From IMG/VR virus record IMGVR_UViG_2788500098_000001: 64,000 bases of DNA; one strand, 5' to 3'. The translations under genes were made by a program, and so were the position numbers. The notes below the pieces were generated by a model. It saw nothing but the letters and a program-made list of their open reading frames with translations. It was not told the DNA's origin and ran no database searches. Below, in pieces: positions 47,861-56,606 of the stretch. Position 1 is the stretch's first letter. Each line of letters opens with the position of its first letter. This stretch comes from a virus.

Positions 47861-48400
47861 ATGGCTAGTAAAACAATGAAAGATATCAGCGATGAACTCG
47901 CTGATGGGGAAATTACCCTGTATGAGGCTGCTGAGCAGATTACCTTAGTGACGTCTATGCAAAAGCTGTTAAAACAGCGGCTTGATGCATTAAAAGAATT
48001 TGTTACGGCATCGCTCGACCCGAAAGAGCATTTGACTACACATACGGGAGTGGTCACATATAAGCGTGGTGCTGAGCCGAAATGGAGAGTGAAAGACCCG
48101 CAGGCTTTCGCCATATGGCTTGAAGAGCATGGTGAAAGTGAAAGCGTGGAGCAAGTGCTGGTACCTGCCGAGCATGTAACACAGCCAGCTGCGATCGAGC
48201 ATCTTGTACATCAATATAAGGGTGAACAGCCTGACGGAGTGGAGTTCGCTGGCGGAACAAGCGACACCATAGCTATAAGCAAAGTAAAAGCTTGGTCTGA
48301 CATTTTTGAGGATCAGCAAATGGTAGATGCCGCAGCACAAATGCTTGGTATTGAATCAAGTGCAGCAAACAAGGAGGAAGACGAATGGGACAAGATTTAA
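47861..48400 (+). CDS. Phage-type protein, possibly Gam/Gp157-like
   Basis: GAGGAGG SD; coiled coil then VTYK..W.VKD..AF..W; precedes the recombinase. Confidence 0.45.
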   Translation: MASKTMKDISDELADGEITLYEAAEQITLVTSMQKLLKQRLDALKEFVTASLDPKEHLTTHTGVVTYKRGAEPKWRVKDPQAFAIWLEEHGESESVEQVLVPAEHVTQPAAIEHLVHQYKGEQPDGVEFAGGTSDTIAISKVKAWSDIFEDQQMVDAAAQMLGIESSAANKEEDEWDKI

Positions 48401-49227
48401 CATCTACTACTGAATCGATTTTACATGCTCAAATGCAGTGGGCGAAGCTTGCGCAAAGCAGCAATATTATCCCGGATGCTTACAAGGGGAAACCTGACAA
48501 TATCCTGGTGGCACTCGGATTCGGGCAGTCTATGGGGTTAAGTCCAGCGGAGAGCTTGTATCGGATTAATGTTATTAAAGGTAAGCCGACGATGAGTGCC
48601 GAGCTGATAGCAGCTCAAGTACGTAAAGCAGGTCATAAGCTGCGCATCACCAAAGATGAGAAGAATGTGAGTGTGACAGCAACCATCATCCGCTGTGATG
48701 ACACGGACTATCCAATTAGTGTGACACGAGATAAAAACTGGGTAGCAAGTATGGGGCTGACAGACAATCTCAATTACAAGAAGCAGCCGATGACTATGCT
48801 GACATGGCGTGCAATTAGTGCTGTAGCACGGGAAGCCTGCTCTGAAGCTTTATATGGTGTGGCGTACACGCCTGATGAAATGCAAGATTTCGAATTCGAT
48901 AGTGACATTGATATGAAATTGGAAACTACTAATCCTGAATCTTCCACACCTACCGCTGATGATACAGAAGCCCCTGTGTCAGCTGAAGTGATGGCTTCTA
49001 ATGAGCAGAGGACTAAGGTCACGCAGCTTATGAAAGAGGGTGGTGTCACTAATGGCGAGCAAGCCCAGACTGCTTTTCAAGCGCTTACAGGTAAGCCACT
49101 AACCTCAAGTAAACAGCTAAGCGCTGAAGACGCTGAAACCTTACTAAGTGCCCCTGATCTTGTGGTGTCTCGCACCAAGGAAGCACTATGTATGAAGTTT
49201 CGCAGTTTACATAACATCGTGTCCTGA
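48385..49227 (+). CDS. RecT/Bet-like single-strand annealing protein
   Basis: IPDAYKGKP.N..VA...G..MGL, VIKGKP, Y..QP..ML.WRAI, LYG..YTPDEM. Confidence 0.75.
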   Translation: MGQDLTSTTESILHAQMQWAKLAQSSNIIPDAYKGKPDNILVALGFGQSMGLSPAESLYRINVIKGKPTMSAELIAAQVRKAGHKLRITKDEKNVSVTATIIRCDDTDYPISVTRDKNWVASMGLTDNLNYKKQPMTMLTWRAISAVAREACSEALYGVAYTPDEMQDFEFDSDIDMKLETTNPESSTPTADDTEAPVSAEVMASNEQRTKVTQLMKEGGVTNGEQAQTAFQALTGKPLTSSKQLSAEDAETLLSAPDLVVSRTKEALCMKFRSLHNIVS

Positions 49228-49258
49228 TCTTGTGGTGTCTCGCACGAAGGAAGCACTA
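49153..49258 (+). repeat. 36-bp direct repeat / 34-bp insert / 36-bp repeat
   Basis: CCTGATCTTGTGGTGTCTCGCAC(C/G)AAGGAAGCACTA at 49153-49188 and 49223-49258, 35/36 identical. Confidence 0.95.
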
Positions 49259-49275
49259 GCAAGGAAGGTGACAGT

Positions 49276-49566
49276 ATGAGTATACAGAGTGATATCTGTC
49301 GTATTACATATGAGGAGCATACCGATTGGGCATACTGGAATGTGAAATGCGATGCGGTGGGATGCAATACAACTGTCGCAGTATCAAAGTACCCACTACC
49401 AGATAATGCGTATGACCACGACTTAATTGATGTGGATAAGGCTTGTTCTGCCGAGGAGGCTAAAGACTACGCAATCAGGGAAGCCGGTTGGCAGTTAGGG
49501 ACCAGAGGCATTCAGTGGGGACACGTCTATTGTCCCAAGCACCGCAGTCCTACAGAAAATGAGTGA
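49276..49566 (+). CDS. Phage-type Zn-binding hypothetical protein
   Basis: CDAVGC..W..YCPKH. Confidence 0.7.
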   Translation: MSIQSDICRITYEEHTDWAYWNVKCDAVGCNTTVAVSKYPLPDNAYDHDLIDVDKACSAEEAKDYAIREAGWQLGTRGIQWGHVYCPKHRSPTENE

Positions 49567-50066
49567 TTATAATGATGGAATTAGGCTTTATGCAGGATTA
49601 TTACACGAAATCTGACATAAGTAAAGCATATTTTTACTGCGATACATGTCATATGGTCCGGTATCGATCTGACTTGTGCAAGGATACGAGTAGACCGTGT
49701 CCCCTGTGCGAGGATACATCAAATCTGTATGAGCGGTATATGACCGCATTAGATACTGTAGATGCTCGCTGTAAGTCGCGGAACGATCATTATACGGGCG
49801 ATAGCCAAGGTTTTCCCAGCCTAGGACCGATATTCGCTGGTAATCCTCTCGGAACAACCACGCACATACGTTTTTCCCTACAGGATGATCCCACTACCTA
49901 TCCATTACTTGCTACTCGCAAGACAATCTCAACTATGTGGAAGGCCGACTATCAGGATTTGCTCTACTCCATACTCACAGGACAGGATTTAGCGCCGGTT
50001 CGCACTCGAGCTGAGCGGCTCGTCGATTTGGTGGTCAGAGACATGGCAAGTAGGAGCGAATCATGA
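49563..50066 (+). CDS. Zn-ribbon hypothetical protein
   Basis: CDTC..CPLC; coupled start. Confidence 0.7.
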   Translation: MIIMMELGFMQDYYTKSDISKAYFYCDTCHMVRYRSDLCKDTSRPCPLCEDTSNLYERYMTALDTVDARCKSRNDHYTGDSQGFPSLGPIFAGNPLGTTTHIRFSLQDDPTTYPLLATRKTISTMWKADYQDLLYSILTGQDLAPVRTRAERLVDLVVRDMASRSES

Positions 50067-50674
50067 TCAACGGCGGTAAGCGAATGCTTGTGACAAAATC
50101 GCAGGCTCGACAGCTAGTTAAATGGGCGAAATCAGATACGAATCCTGCGCGGCAGAGAATTACCAAGTACGGAAGATACGCATACTATACCAACTCTTTT
50201 CTTGCGATCCGGTGGGATTTGGAAGATTTGAATGTGCCTGATGGGTCATGGATCGGGCTAGCGGTAAATTGCGATGTGCTCGATGATGAAAACACGAAGT
50301 TTGACTTAGACACTGATCACAATATGGCTGACTGGTGCAAATTAGCACCGCGTCGTGCTCACTGGGATTTGATGGATACAGACCGGTGGAATCAGCAGGA
50401 CAGATCGAGTAGGTATGCTGCACGTTTAGAGGAGCTGTTTGTGTACCCGGATGTGACATACAAAGTCAAGTCGGTATCTTTCGACCCACAGTTTCTTACA
50501 GAATTTTTATCCTTTTTCGCAGCTTCTTCCGGTCCTCTCCCGGTAGAAATGAGGCCTTCTTCGAGCGAAAAGCCGGAGACAGAGGCTTGGATTTTCCGAG
50601 CGTCAATCGAGGACAGGGTGACAGGACTGCTCATGCCAATGAAAAAACACTATGTCGACGATATTAAAAATTAG
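50063..50674 (+). CDS. Phage-type protein resembling a truncated sliding-clamp fold
   Basis: YYTNSFLA, FDPQFL..FL, C-terminal TGLLMPMK. Confidence 0.4.
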   Translation: MINGGKRMLVTKSQARQLVKWAKSDTNPARQRITKYGRYAYYTNSFLAIRWDLEDLNVPDGSWIGLAVNCDVLDDENTKFDLDTDHNMADWCKLAPRRAHWDLMDTDRWNQQDRSSRYAARLEELFVYPDVTYKVKSVSFDPQFLTEFLSFFAASSGPLPVEMRPSSSEKPETEAWIFRASIEDRVTGLLMPMKKHYVDDIKN

Positions 50675-50703
50675 ACATATCGATAAACGGAGGACTAAAT
50701 CAA

Positions 50704-50889
50704 ATGAATCATGCTCGTATCGCGGGATGTAAATGCAAGTCGTGCACGAAGGGTGACGGCTGGTGTCCTGACTGTCGGAAAACCGCTATTTATTGTCCTA
50801 AAGCTGACAGGCATTGGATAGCATGCAATGACCCGGTTGTACGCGACCGAAAATACGCAAAACGAAGAGGTCACTGGTGGAACATTTGA
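50704..50889 (+). CDS. Small Cys-rich protein
   Basis: GGAGG SD; CKCKSC..CPDC..CP..H..C. Confidence 0.6.
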   Translation: MNHARIAGCKCKSCTKGDGWCPDCRKTAIYCPKADRHWIACNDPVVRDRKYAKRRGHWWNI

Positions 50890-50914
50890 ACCGCCAGAAA
50901 ATCAAGAGGTCAGT

Positions 50915-51874
50915 ATGAGTCTTACGACGGACATCCCAATGTTGGCAATAAAGTATAAGACTTTTCGAAGAAAGAAATACACAATGACTAACGAAAATCT
51001 CATTAGAGAATGGTACGAAGAACTCGATATTAATGATTTTCGATATCTACATATTCGTGTAGTCATGGAAAACGGGGACATTTTTTGTAACAAATTGTCC
51101 CCAATGTCCGACGATGACTATGCTGTAGGTGTCAGCGTAGATAATGAAAAGCTCCCTCTTGAAATTCCGATTCTCATGCGATCTTGCGCTGAAAAGTTTG
51201 TACGATATTCCTTTACCGGAATCCCCAAACCTGTACAACGTTTAACTAACTGGGAGCCTTGCCTGGGTGTTCAAGAGGTATCTCTTGTCTATGATGAGCG
51301 CGAATGGACTGTAATAAACCTTGAAGATGCATGTCCAGGTGATGCGGTCGTCATCAATAACTGTCGATACAGCGTGCAAAGTGCACCAGATCAAGGTCAT
51401 ATAACAATACGCACATATCCTCAATGTGTGGTGGAAGTTTCGTGTGATGCTGTGACTGTTGCTTTACGACCTATATCAACACCACTAATACCAGCCAATC
51501 CTGGATTTTATATGAATAAAGACCAATCCATCTGGATGTACACACGATATCGTAAATGGTGGTGTCTTGCAGGCGAAAATGATTCGACTGAACAGGTGGC
51601 ACCCGATGACATCACACCTATATGTTTTAAGCAAACAGCTACTCCACCATTTGAAACCACTGATGCAATACCAGATAGCGCACAAGTGGAATTTTATAAG
51701 TGTAAAAAAGGCAAAATTTGGATGCGCACACAATATAAAAATTGGTACGTACTCAATGCTTGGAATCGTCCTGTCAAAGTAAAGCCAGATAAGCCCACAA
51801 ACTATATGCCGCTTAGGCGTGTGACTCCTGTGCAGGTCGAAAAACAGAGAGAGCAGAAAATTGGACGCATATAG
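50915..51874 (+). CDS. Phage-type hypothetical protein with tandem C-terminal repeat
   Basis: FY..K...IWM.T.Y..W occurs twice. Confidence 0.7.
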   Translation: MSLTTDIPMLAIKYKTFRRKKYTMTNENLIREWYEELDINDFRYLHIRVVMENGDIFCNKLSPMSDDDYAVGVSVDNEKLPLEIPILMRSCAEKFVRYSFTGIPKPVQRLTNWEPCLGVQEVSLVYDEREWTVINLEDACPGDAVVINNCRYSVQSAPDQGHITIRTYPQCVVEVSCDAVTVALRPISTPLIPANPGFYMNKDQSIWMYTRYRKWWCLAGENDSTEQVAPDDITPICFKQTATPPFETTDAIPDSAQVEFYKCKKGKIWMRTQYKNWYVLNAWNRPVKVKPDKPTNYMPLRRVTPVQVEKQREQKIGRI

Positions 51875-51880
51875 ATAAGT
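51861..51880 (+). promoter_or_regulatory. Class A motif (internal promoter)
   Basis: TTGGACGCATATAGATAAGT(GAAGCC). Confidence 0.88.
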
Positions 51881-51933
51881 GAAGCCATCGTTTAAACCGG
51901 TGTCTTCTAAAAAGCATAGTTAATAGTTGTTTT

Positions 51934-52455
51934 ATGCGAAAGAACAGGAAAATGATGAAATTAATTAAAAAAGTAAACTATATAGACGATAAATATTGCA
52001 GCGTATATGAGTGTGATAAATGTCATGCGTATCTCTTTGATAAGATTCTGCTTTCACGCGGTGACTTGAATGAAGAGGTATGCGAGCCAGAGTGCGCGTT
52101 TTGTAACGCTAATGCTTTGCTGTCCCAACAATATTGGATGGCTCTCTGTACGGTAGCTTGGACTTGTCAGCCGAACGAAAAATTTGTTGAAACTGCTCCA
52201 GCTTTCCCGTCTTTTGATAATGTGCTCGCCTATGACGGCAATATCGTAGGTGTATTGCTGAAATTAGACTTCCGAGGACGCACTGTCTTCGCAGAAGCAT
52301 CATCAGTGCGGACTCTCACTATAAACACCACGGAATTTAAATCGATATTAGATGACAATGGCACTGATTATAATCAGCGGACTTTGGCTCAAGCGGTGGT
52401 TGACTTGTGCCGTCATGATTTACGGGAAAGAAATAATCGCAATGATGCTGAGTAA
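51934..52455 (+). CDS. Zn-finger hypothetical protein (paralog 1)
   Basis: CDKC..CAFC; near-duplicate of the next gene. Confidence 0.75.
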   Translation: MRKNRKMMKLIKKVNYIDDKYCSVYECDKCHAYLFDKILLSRGDLNEEVCEPECAFCNANALLSQQYWMALCTVAWTCQPNEKFVETAPAFPSFDNVLAYDGNIVGVLLKLDFRGRTVFAEASSVRTLTINTTEFKSILDDNGTDYNQRTLAQAVVDLCRHDLRERNNRNDAE

Positions 52456-52989
52456 ATGGATGGAATGCTTAGACGGGAAAGAAATAGAACAATGAGGCTA
52501 ATTAAAAAAGTATATTATAAAGACGATGATTATTGTGGCGTATATAAGTGCGATAAATGTCATGCTTATATCTTTGATAAGATTCTGATTTCATACGATA
52601 TCAATGATCCAGAGGTATGCGAGCCGAAGTGCGCATTTTGTGACCCTGACGCTTTGCTGTCGCAACAATATTGGATGGCTTTGTGCACAGTAGTTTGGAC
52701 CTGTCAGCCGGACGGAGATTGCGTTGACGCTGCTCCAGCTTTCCCATCTTTTAAGTATGTAACCGCCGATCAAGGATCTGTCACAGATTCATCTCTGTGT
52801 TTTACCTTCCGAGGAATCTACATTGATGCACACGTGAATTCTGTGCGTCCTTGCACTCACAGCAAGCAGTTTAGATCGATATTAGACGACAATTGCAATG
52901 ATTTTGATCCGCGCTTTTTGGCTCAGGCCGTAGTTGATTTGTGTCGTCATGATTTACGAGCCAGAAATAATCGCAAGGAGGCTGAGTAA
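52456..52989 (+). CDS. Zn-finger hypothetical protein (paralog 2)
   Basis: Shares LSQQYWMALCTV.WTCQP and AQAVVDLCRHDLR. Confidence 0.75.
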   Translation: MDGMLRRERNRTMRLIKKVYYKDDDYCGVYKCDKCHAYIFDKILISYDINDPEVCEPKCAFCDPDALLSQQYWMALCTVVWTCQPDGDCVDAAPAFPSFKYVTADQGSVTDSSLCFTFRGIYIDAHVNSVRPCTHSKQFRSILDDNCNDFDPRFLAQAVVDLCRHDLRARNNRKEAE

Positions 52990-53519
52990 TGGCTGGAGAA
53001 ACACTAATCACCATGGTGGGTAACCTCACCGCAGATCCTGAAGTACGTACCACCGGTAATGGCGGTACTGTAGCTAATTTCACGATAGCTTCCACCCCGA
53101 GACTGTTCAACCGCAATACAGGGCAGTGGGAAGACGGCGATGCTCTCTTCATACGATGCTCTGCTTGGGATTCGCAATACAATCCAACCGCATCAAACAT
53201 TCAAGCCAGCTTAGCGAAAGGCATGCGAGTTATCGCTCAAGGTACGCTCTCTCAGCGCTCCTACCAAGACAAGCAGGGTGCAAAACATACGGTGATGGAA
53301 ATGCATGTGCTTGAGATTGGTCCTGCTCTTACTCGCAATAACGCTCAAGTGGTACGCAACCCGTCGCAAGGACAAGGTGGCTTCCAAGGCGGACAGGCTC
53401 AGCCTCAATCTACCCAGTGGTCGCAATCTGCACCAGCTGGATCTACGCAGAATAGTGATCCGTGGGGGACACCTGACGATGGTGGGTTTGGAGGTAATAG
53501 TGATGAGCCAGCATTCTAA
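52989..53519 (+). CDS. ssb: Single-stranded DNA-binding protein
   Basis: MAGET.IT.VGNLTADPE.R, ANFTIASTPR, acidic DEPAF tail. Confidence 0.97.
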   Translation: MAGETLITMVGNLTADPEVRTTGNGGTVANFTIASTPRLFNRNTGQWEDGDALFIRCSAWDSQYNPTASNIQASLAKGMRVIAQGTLSQRSYQDKQGAKHTVMEMHVLEIGPALTRNNAQVVRNPSQGQGGFQGGQAQPQSTQWSQSAPAGSTQNSDPWGTPDDGGFGGNSDEPAF

Positions 53520-53640
53520 CCCTTTCTTCGAGGCTGAGCAGCCACCAGAGTACGAGTACTGCGAGTACTGCGGTAGTCCCCTTAATGTCAGCCACCAGTG
53601 TATGAGCCACTGCCACGGATACGAGGAGAGCTTCCTATGA
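53503..53640 (+). CDS. Small Zn-ribbon protein
   Basis: GGAGG SD; CEYCG..H.C. Confidence 0.55.
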   Translation: MSQHSNPFFEAEQPPEYEYCEYCGSPLNVSHQCMSHCHGYEESFL

Positions 53641-54050
53641 CACGGAATCGTAAGAGCGCGAAGCAAGCTGGAGCACGCTTTGAGAAAGCCGTGGCTGACT
53701 ACTTGGCATGGGCTTTAAACGACCAGCGGATCGAACGCAGACACTTATCAGGCAGCGAAGACCGGGGTGATATTACCGGTGTCATGCACGACCAGCAGCG
53801 CGTCGTCATCGAATGCAAAAACACGACCCGCATGGACGTAGCTCAACACTTAGCAGAAGCTAAGCAGGAAGCCGGGAATGACGACGCACCCTACTGGGCT
53901 TTGATACAGAAAAGGCGTGGTATCGGCATGAGCGATATAGAAAGCACCGGACAGCAGCTAGTACTCATGACCTTAGAACAATACGCGCTGCTCTTGAACC
54001 ACGGACAACAACTCGGACCAGAAGCAGAACAGGAATTCAAGAGGTATTAG
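53637..54050 (+). CDS. Phage Holliday-junction-resolvase-like PD-(D/E)xK nuclease
   Basis: K.AGARFE..VA.YL, DRGDITG, VIECKN. Confidence 0.8.
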   Translation: MTRNRKSAKQAGARFEKAVADYLAWALNDQRIERRHLSGSEDRGDITGVMHDQQRVVIECKNTTRMDVAQHLAEAKQEAGNDDAPYWALIQKRRGIGMSDIESTGQQLVLMTLEQYALLLNHGQQLGPEAEQEFKRY

Positions 54051-54052
54051 AC

Positions 54053-54451
54053 ATGACTCAAGAAACGATAAAAATTAAGCGATTTGCTGATAGACCTGTA
54101 ATTGACTCCGGCATCAAAGAAGGCGTGGAATGGTGTATTTACGAGTCTCCACTAGGGTGGTGGACATGGTATGGATACGCGAGATTATCCGATGATCACC
54201 CATGGCGCAATCAAGATTTAGTCTCGGTCATGCCCGATGAGGATCTACCACATCCTGAAGTACATGGTGATATCAGTTACGGGCCAGATGATGAGGGATG
54301 GATCGGCTTTGACACGATACATGCAGGAGACTACATGCGATTTGATTATGGAGCCGGGGTCGAAGAGATCGAGGGACATCGCTGGACCATAGACGAAGTG
54401 AGAGAAGAAATCTTCCGCTTGATTAAGCAAATAATACAGGTTAGGGGGTGA
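54053..54451 (+). CDS. Phage hypothetical protein
   Basis: GYAR...HPW, VHG..SY, W.GFDT.HAGD. Confidence 0.7.
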   Translation: MTQETIKIKRFADRPVIDSGIKEGVEWCIYESPLGWWTWYGYARLSDDHPWRNQDLVSVMPDEDLPHPEVHGDISYGPDDEGWIGFDTIHAGDYMRFDYGAGVEEIEGHRWTIDEVREEIFRLIKQIIQVRG

Positions 54452-54452
54452 G

Positions 54453-54848
54453 ATGGTGACTGACTATCGGATTATTGTCACGGGCGGTAGACATAGGCAT
54501 CGTAAGGAAGACGGGCGGAAACTACTAGCCGTACTTGAGACCATTAAAGCTCAAAGGTCTGATCCTTGTCGGCTGGTGATTGTGCAAGGAGGATGCCCCA
54601 CTGGTGTAGATGCCATGGCTCGAAGCATTGCAAGAGAGTATAAGCTACCAGTCGAAACCTACACAGCTGACTGGGATAAGCATGGGCGTGCTGCTGGTCC
54701 TATCCGCAATCAGATAATGGCAGACGCTGGCGCTAATTTGTGTCTCGCTTTCCCGGATACAGACAAATCACCGGGCACGTGGGATATGATCCGGCGTGCT
54801 TGCGCTACAGGAATCGAAACCCGCATTTATCCAAAGGTAATGTCATGA
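54453..54848 (+). CDS. SLOG/YspA-like (DUF2493) protein
   Basis: IIVTGGR, VQGGCPTGVD, ADW.KHGRAAGPIRN, GT.DM. Confidence 0.9.
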   Translation: MVTDYRIIVTGGRHRHRKEDGRKLLAVLETIKAQRSDPCRLVIVQGGCPTGVDAMARSIAREYKLPVETYTADWDKHGRAAGPIRNQIMADAGANLCLAFPDTDKSPGTWDMIRRACATGIETRIYPKVMS

Positions 54849-55329
54849 CGAGCATGTGTCCTACAGTGTTAGACCCTGCATCTGGTGGCAGGATGATGTA
54901 TTTCGACAAGCACGATCCACGTGTACTCTTCGGCGATATTCGAGACGAGTCTTGGGAGCTGTGTGATGGTAGGCGCTTTGATGTGCACCCTGACCAACTT
55001 ATGGATTATCGCAAATTACCGTTTAAAGATAACTCCTACCGGTTAGTTGTTTTTGACCCACCTCATCTAGAGCATGCCGGAAGTAATAGCTACATGGTGA
55101 AAAAGTATGGGAAATTACCGGCAGACTGGAAGCAAAATCTGACAGACGGTTTCACGGAATGTTTCCGAGTTTTAGCTGGGGGGGGGTACTCATTTTTAAG
55201 TGGAATGAGACTCAGATTGCTTTACGTGAAGTGCTTGCTTGCACGCCGCAGCGGCCACTTTTCGGGAATCGCCAGCCCAAGCAGACAGGCACGCATTGGA
55301 TTGTATGGATCAAGGAGGCGGACTCTTGA
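54845..55329 (+). pseudogene. Phage-type amino-DNA methyltransferase split by a frameshift in a G9 tract (55178-55186)
   Basis: VLDPASGGRM, FDPPH; continuation VLIFKWNETQI..LFG..THW is out of frame and G10 restores it. Confidence 0.85.
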
Positions 55330-55484
55330 AATCATGGCTTGACGAGTACACGCTTAGCATCGCTCGAGAGCTACGCAAACCCGCAACACGAAAACAGTAC
55401 TTACAAAGGTTACGCAATCTTGACCCAGAATACAAGGAACAAAAAGATAATGCCGAAAAAACTATCACTCGCATATTTTCCTGA
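55326..55484 (+). CDS. Small hypothetical protein
   Basis: AAGGAGG SD before TTG overlapping the MTase stop. Confidence 0.45.
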   Translation: MKSWLDEYTLSIARELRKPATRKQYLQRLRNLDPEYKEQKDNAEKTITRIFS

Positions 55485-55712
55485 CGCTAAAAGGAAAATT
55501 GAAGACTTACGAGGATAACAATATGGACTCCTAACCGTCATAAACTATGCCGGTATGAATAGTGGGCGTCAACCGCTATGGCTGTGCAAGTGTGAATGCG
55601 GAAAACAGACGAATGTAACAGAGCCCATCTCAAAAAAGGGAACACAAAATCCTGCGGGTGCCTTAAATCGAACCGTAAGAAACTACGAACACACAAAATA
55701 CATGATTTATAG
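55450..55712 (+). pseudogene. Decayed phage Cys-rich domain (type found N-terminal to HNH/AP2 endonucleases)
   Basis: EDLRG*QYGLLTVI..LWLCKCECGK../HLKKGNTKSCGCL with one stop and one frameshift. Confidence 0.75.
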
Positions 55713-55715
55713 GAA

Positions 55716-56606
55716 GTGATGACGTTGGCTAGACGTGGTTATGCAAAATTCAAAAACGATTTTTACATCAACGGTAAAGCTCGTGAGCTGCGAGCTGTCT
55801 GCCCATCAGCGTTAGGAGCTTTCGTATTTATAGTCACGTATTGTTCCGATAATCTCACAGATGGCAGAATCAGTGACAGAGATTTGCGTTACACGTTAGG
55901 TGTTACGAGTGAGGAAATAAAAGCCTTATGTTCGGTAGAAATGCTTGAACCTGATAGCGCTGAAGGTTATATGGTTCATGATTACACTGACCATAATTCA
56001 ACACGTAGTCAAGTAGAAAAAAAGAGTATTGAAAATACTCAATATTATCAAAAAAAGAAAAAACACTCCTATTCAAGTTCTAGTGAGGGTCACTTCAGTA
56101 ACGATTCAGATACCATTCAGCAATCTGAAAGTGATCTTAATCGGACTAAACACAAGAACACAAGAACACAAGAACATTCATCTAAAGATGAATCCCCCTA
56201 TAGTCCCCCACAAGGGACAGATTGTAACGGTGTTTCCAGATGGGAACCATCTGAGGAACCGAACTTGCAGTTCAAACAATTCTGGTCATTGTATCCCAAT
56301 CATGATTATCCAGACGCTGCTGTACGCGAGTTTCGACGGGTGCGCCGTAAAGGAGTAAAACTCGAGGCTCTTATGCAAGGAGCACAGATTCTTGCTAACG
56401 AGCATCGTGACCCTAAGTATATTCCTACGGCCAGCAGGTGGCTTCATGATGGAGGATGGAACAACAAGCCTAAACCTCCAGGACAAGCTCAACAAACGGC
56501 ACCAAATCGTAGTCAGCAAAACCAGGATGCAAATGCAGCCTTGATAGTCCGGTATGCGCAAGAGGAAGCTGAACAAGCAGGAAGGGAGATTACTGATGAG
56601 CCTTAA
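55716..56606 (+). CDS. Phage-type replication initiator
   Basis: GYAK..NDFY.NGK, YCSDNLTDG.I, Y.VHDY..HN; F..FW.LYP, YIP....WL..G.W; CACAAGAA x3 at 56151-56174. Confidence 0.75.
   Translation: MMTLARRGYAKFKNDFYINGKARELRAVCPSALGAFVFIVTYCSDNLTDGRISDRDLRYTLGVTSEEIKALCSVEMLEPDSAEGYMVHDYTDHNSTRSQVEKKSIENTQYYQKKKKHSYSSSSEGHFSNDSDTIQQSESDLNRTKHKNTRTQEHSSKDESPYSPPQGTDCNGVSRWEPSEEPNLQFKQFWSLYPNHDYPDAAVREFRRVRRKGVKLEALMQGAQILANEHRDPKYIPTASRWLHDGGWNNKPKPPGQAQQTAPNRSQQNQDANAALIVRYAQEEAEQAGREITDEP

Noticed and set aside
49153-49258. Calling the 36/34/36 repeat a true CRISPR array
   Set aside because: Only two copies, the repeat is in-frame coding sequence, there is no leader and no resemblance to I-E repeats; kept as a finding only.
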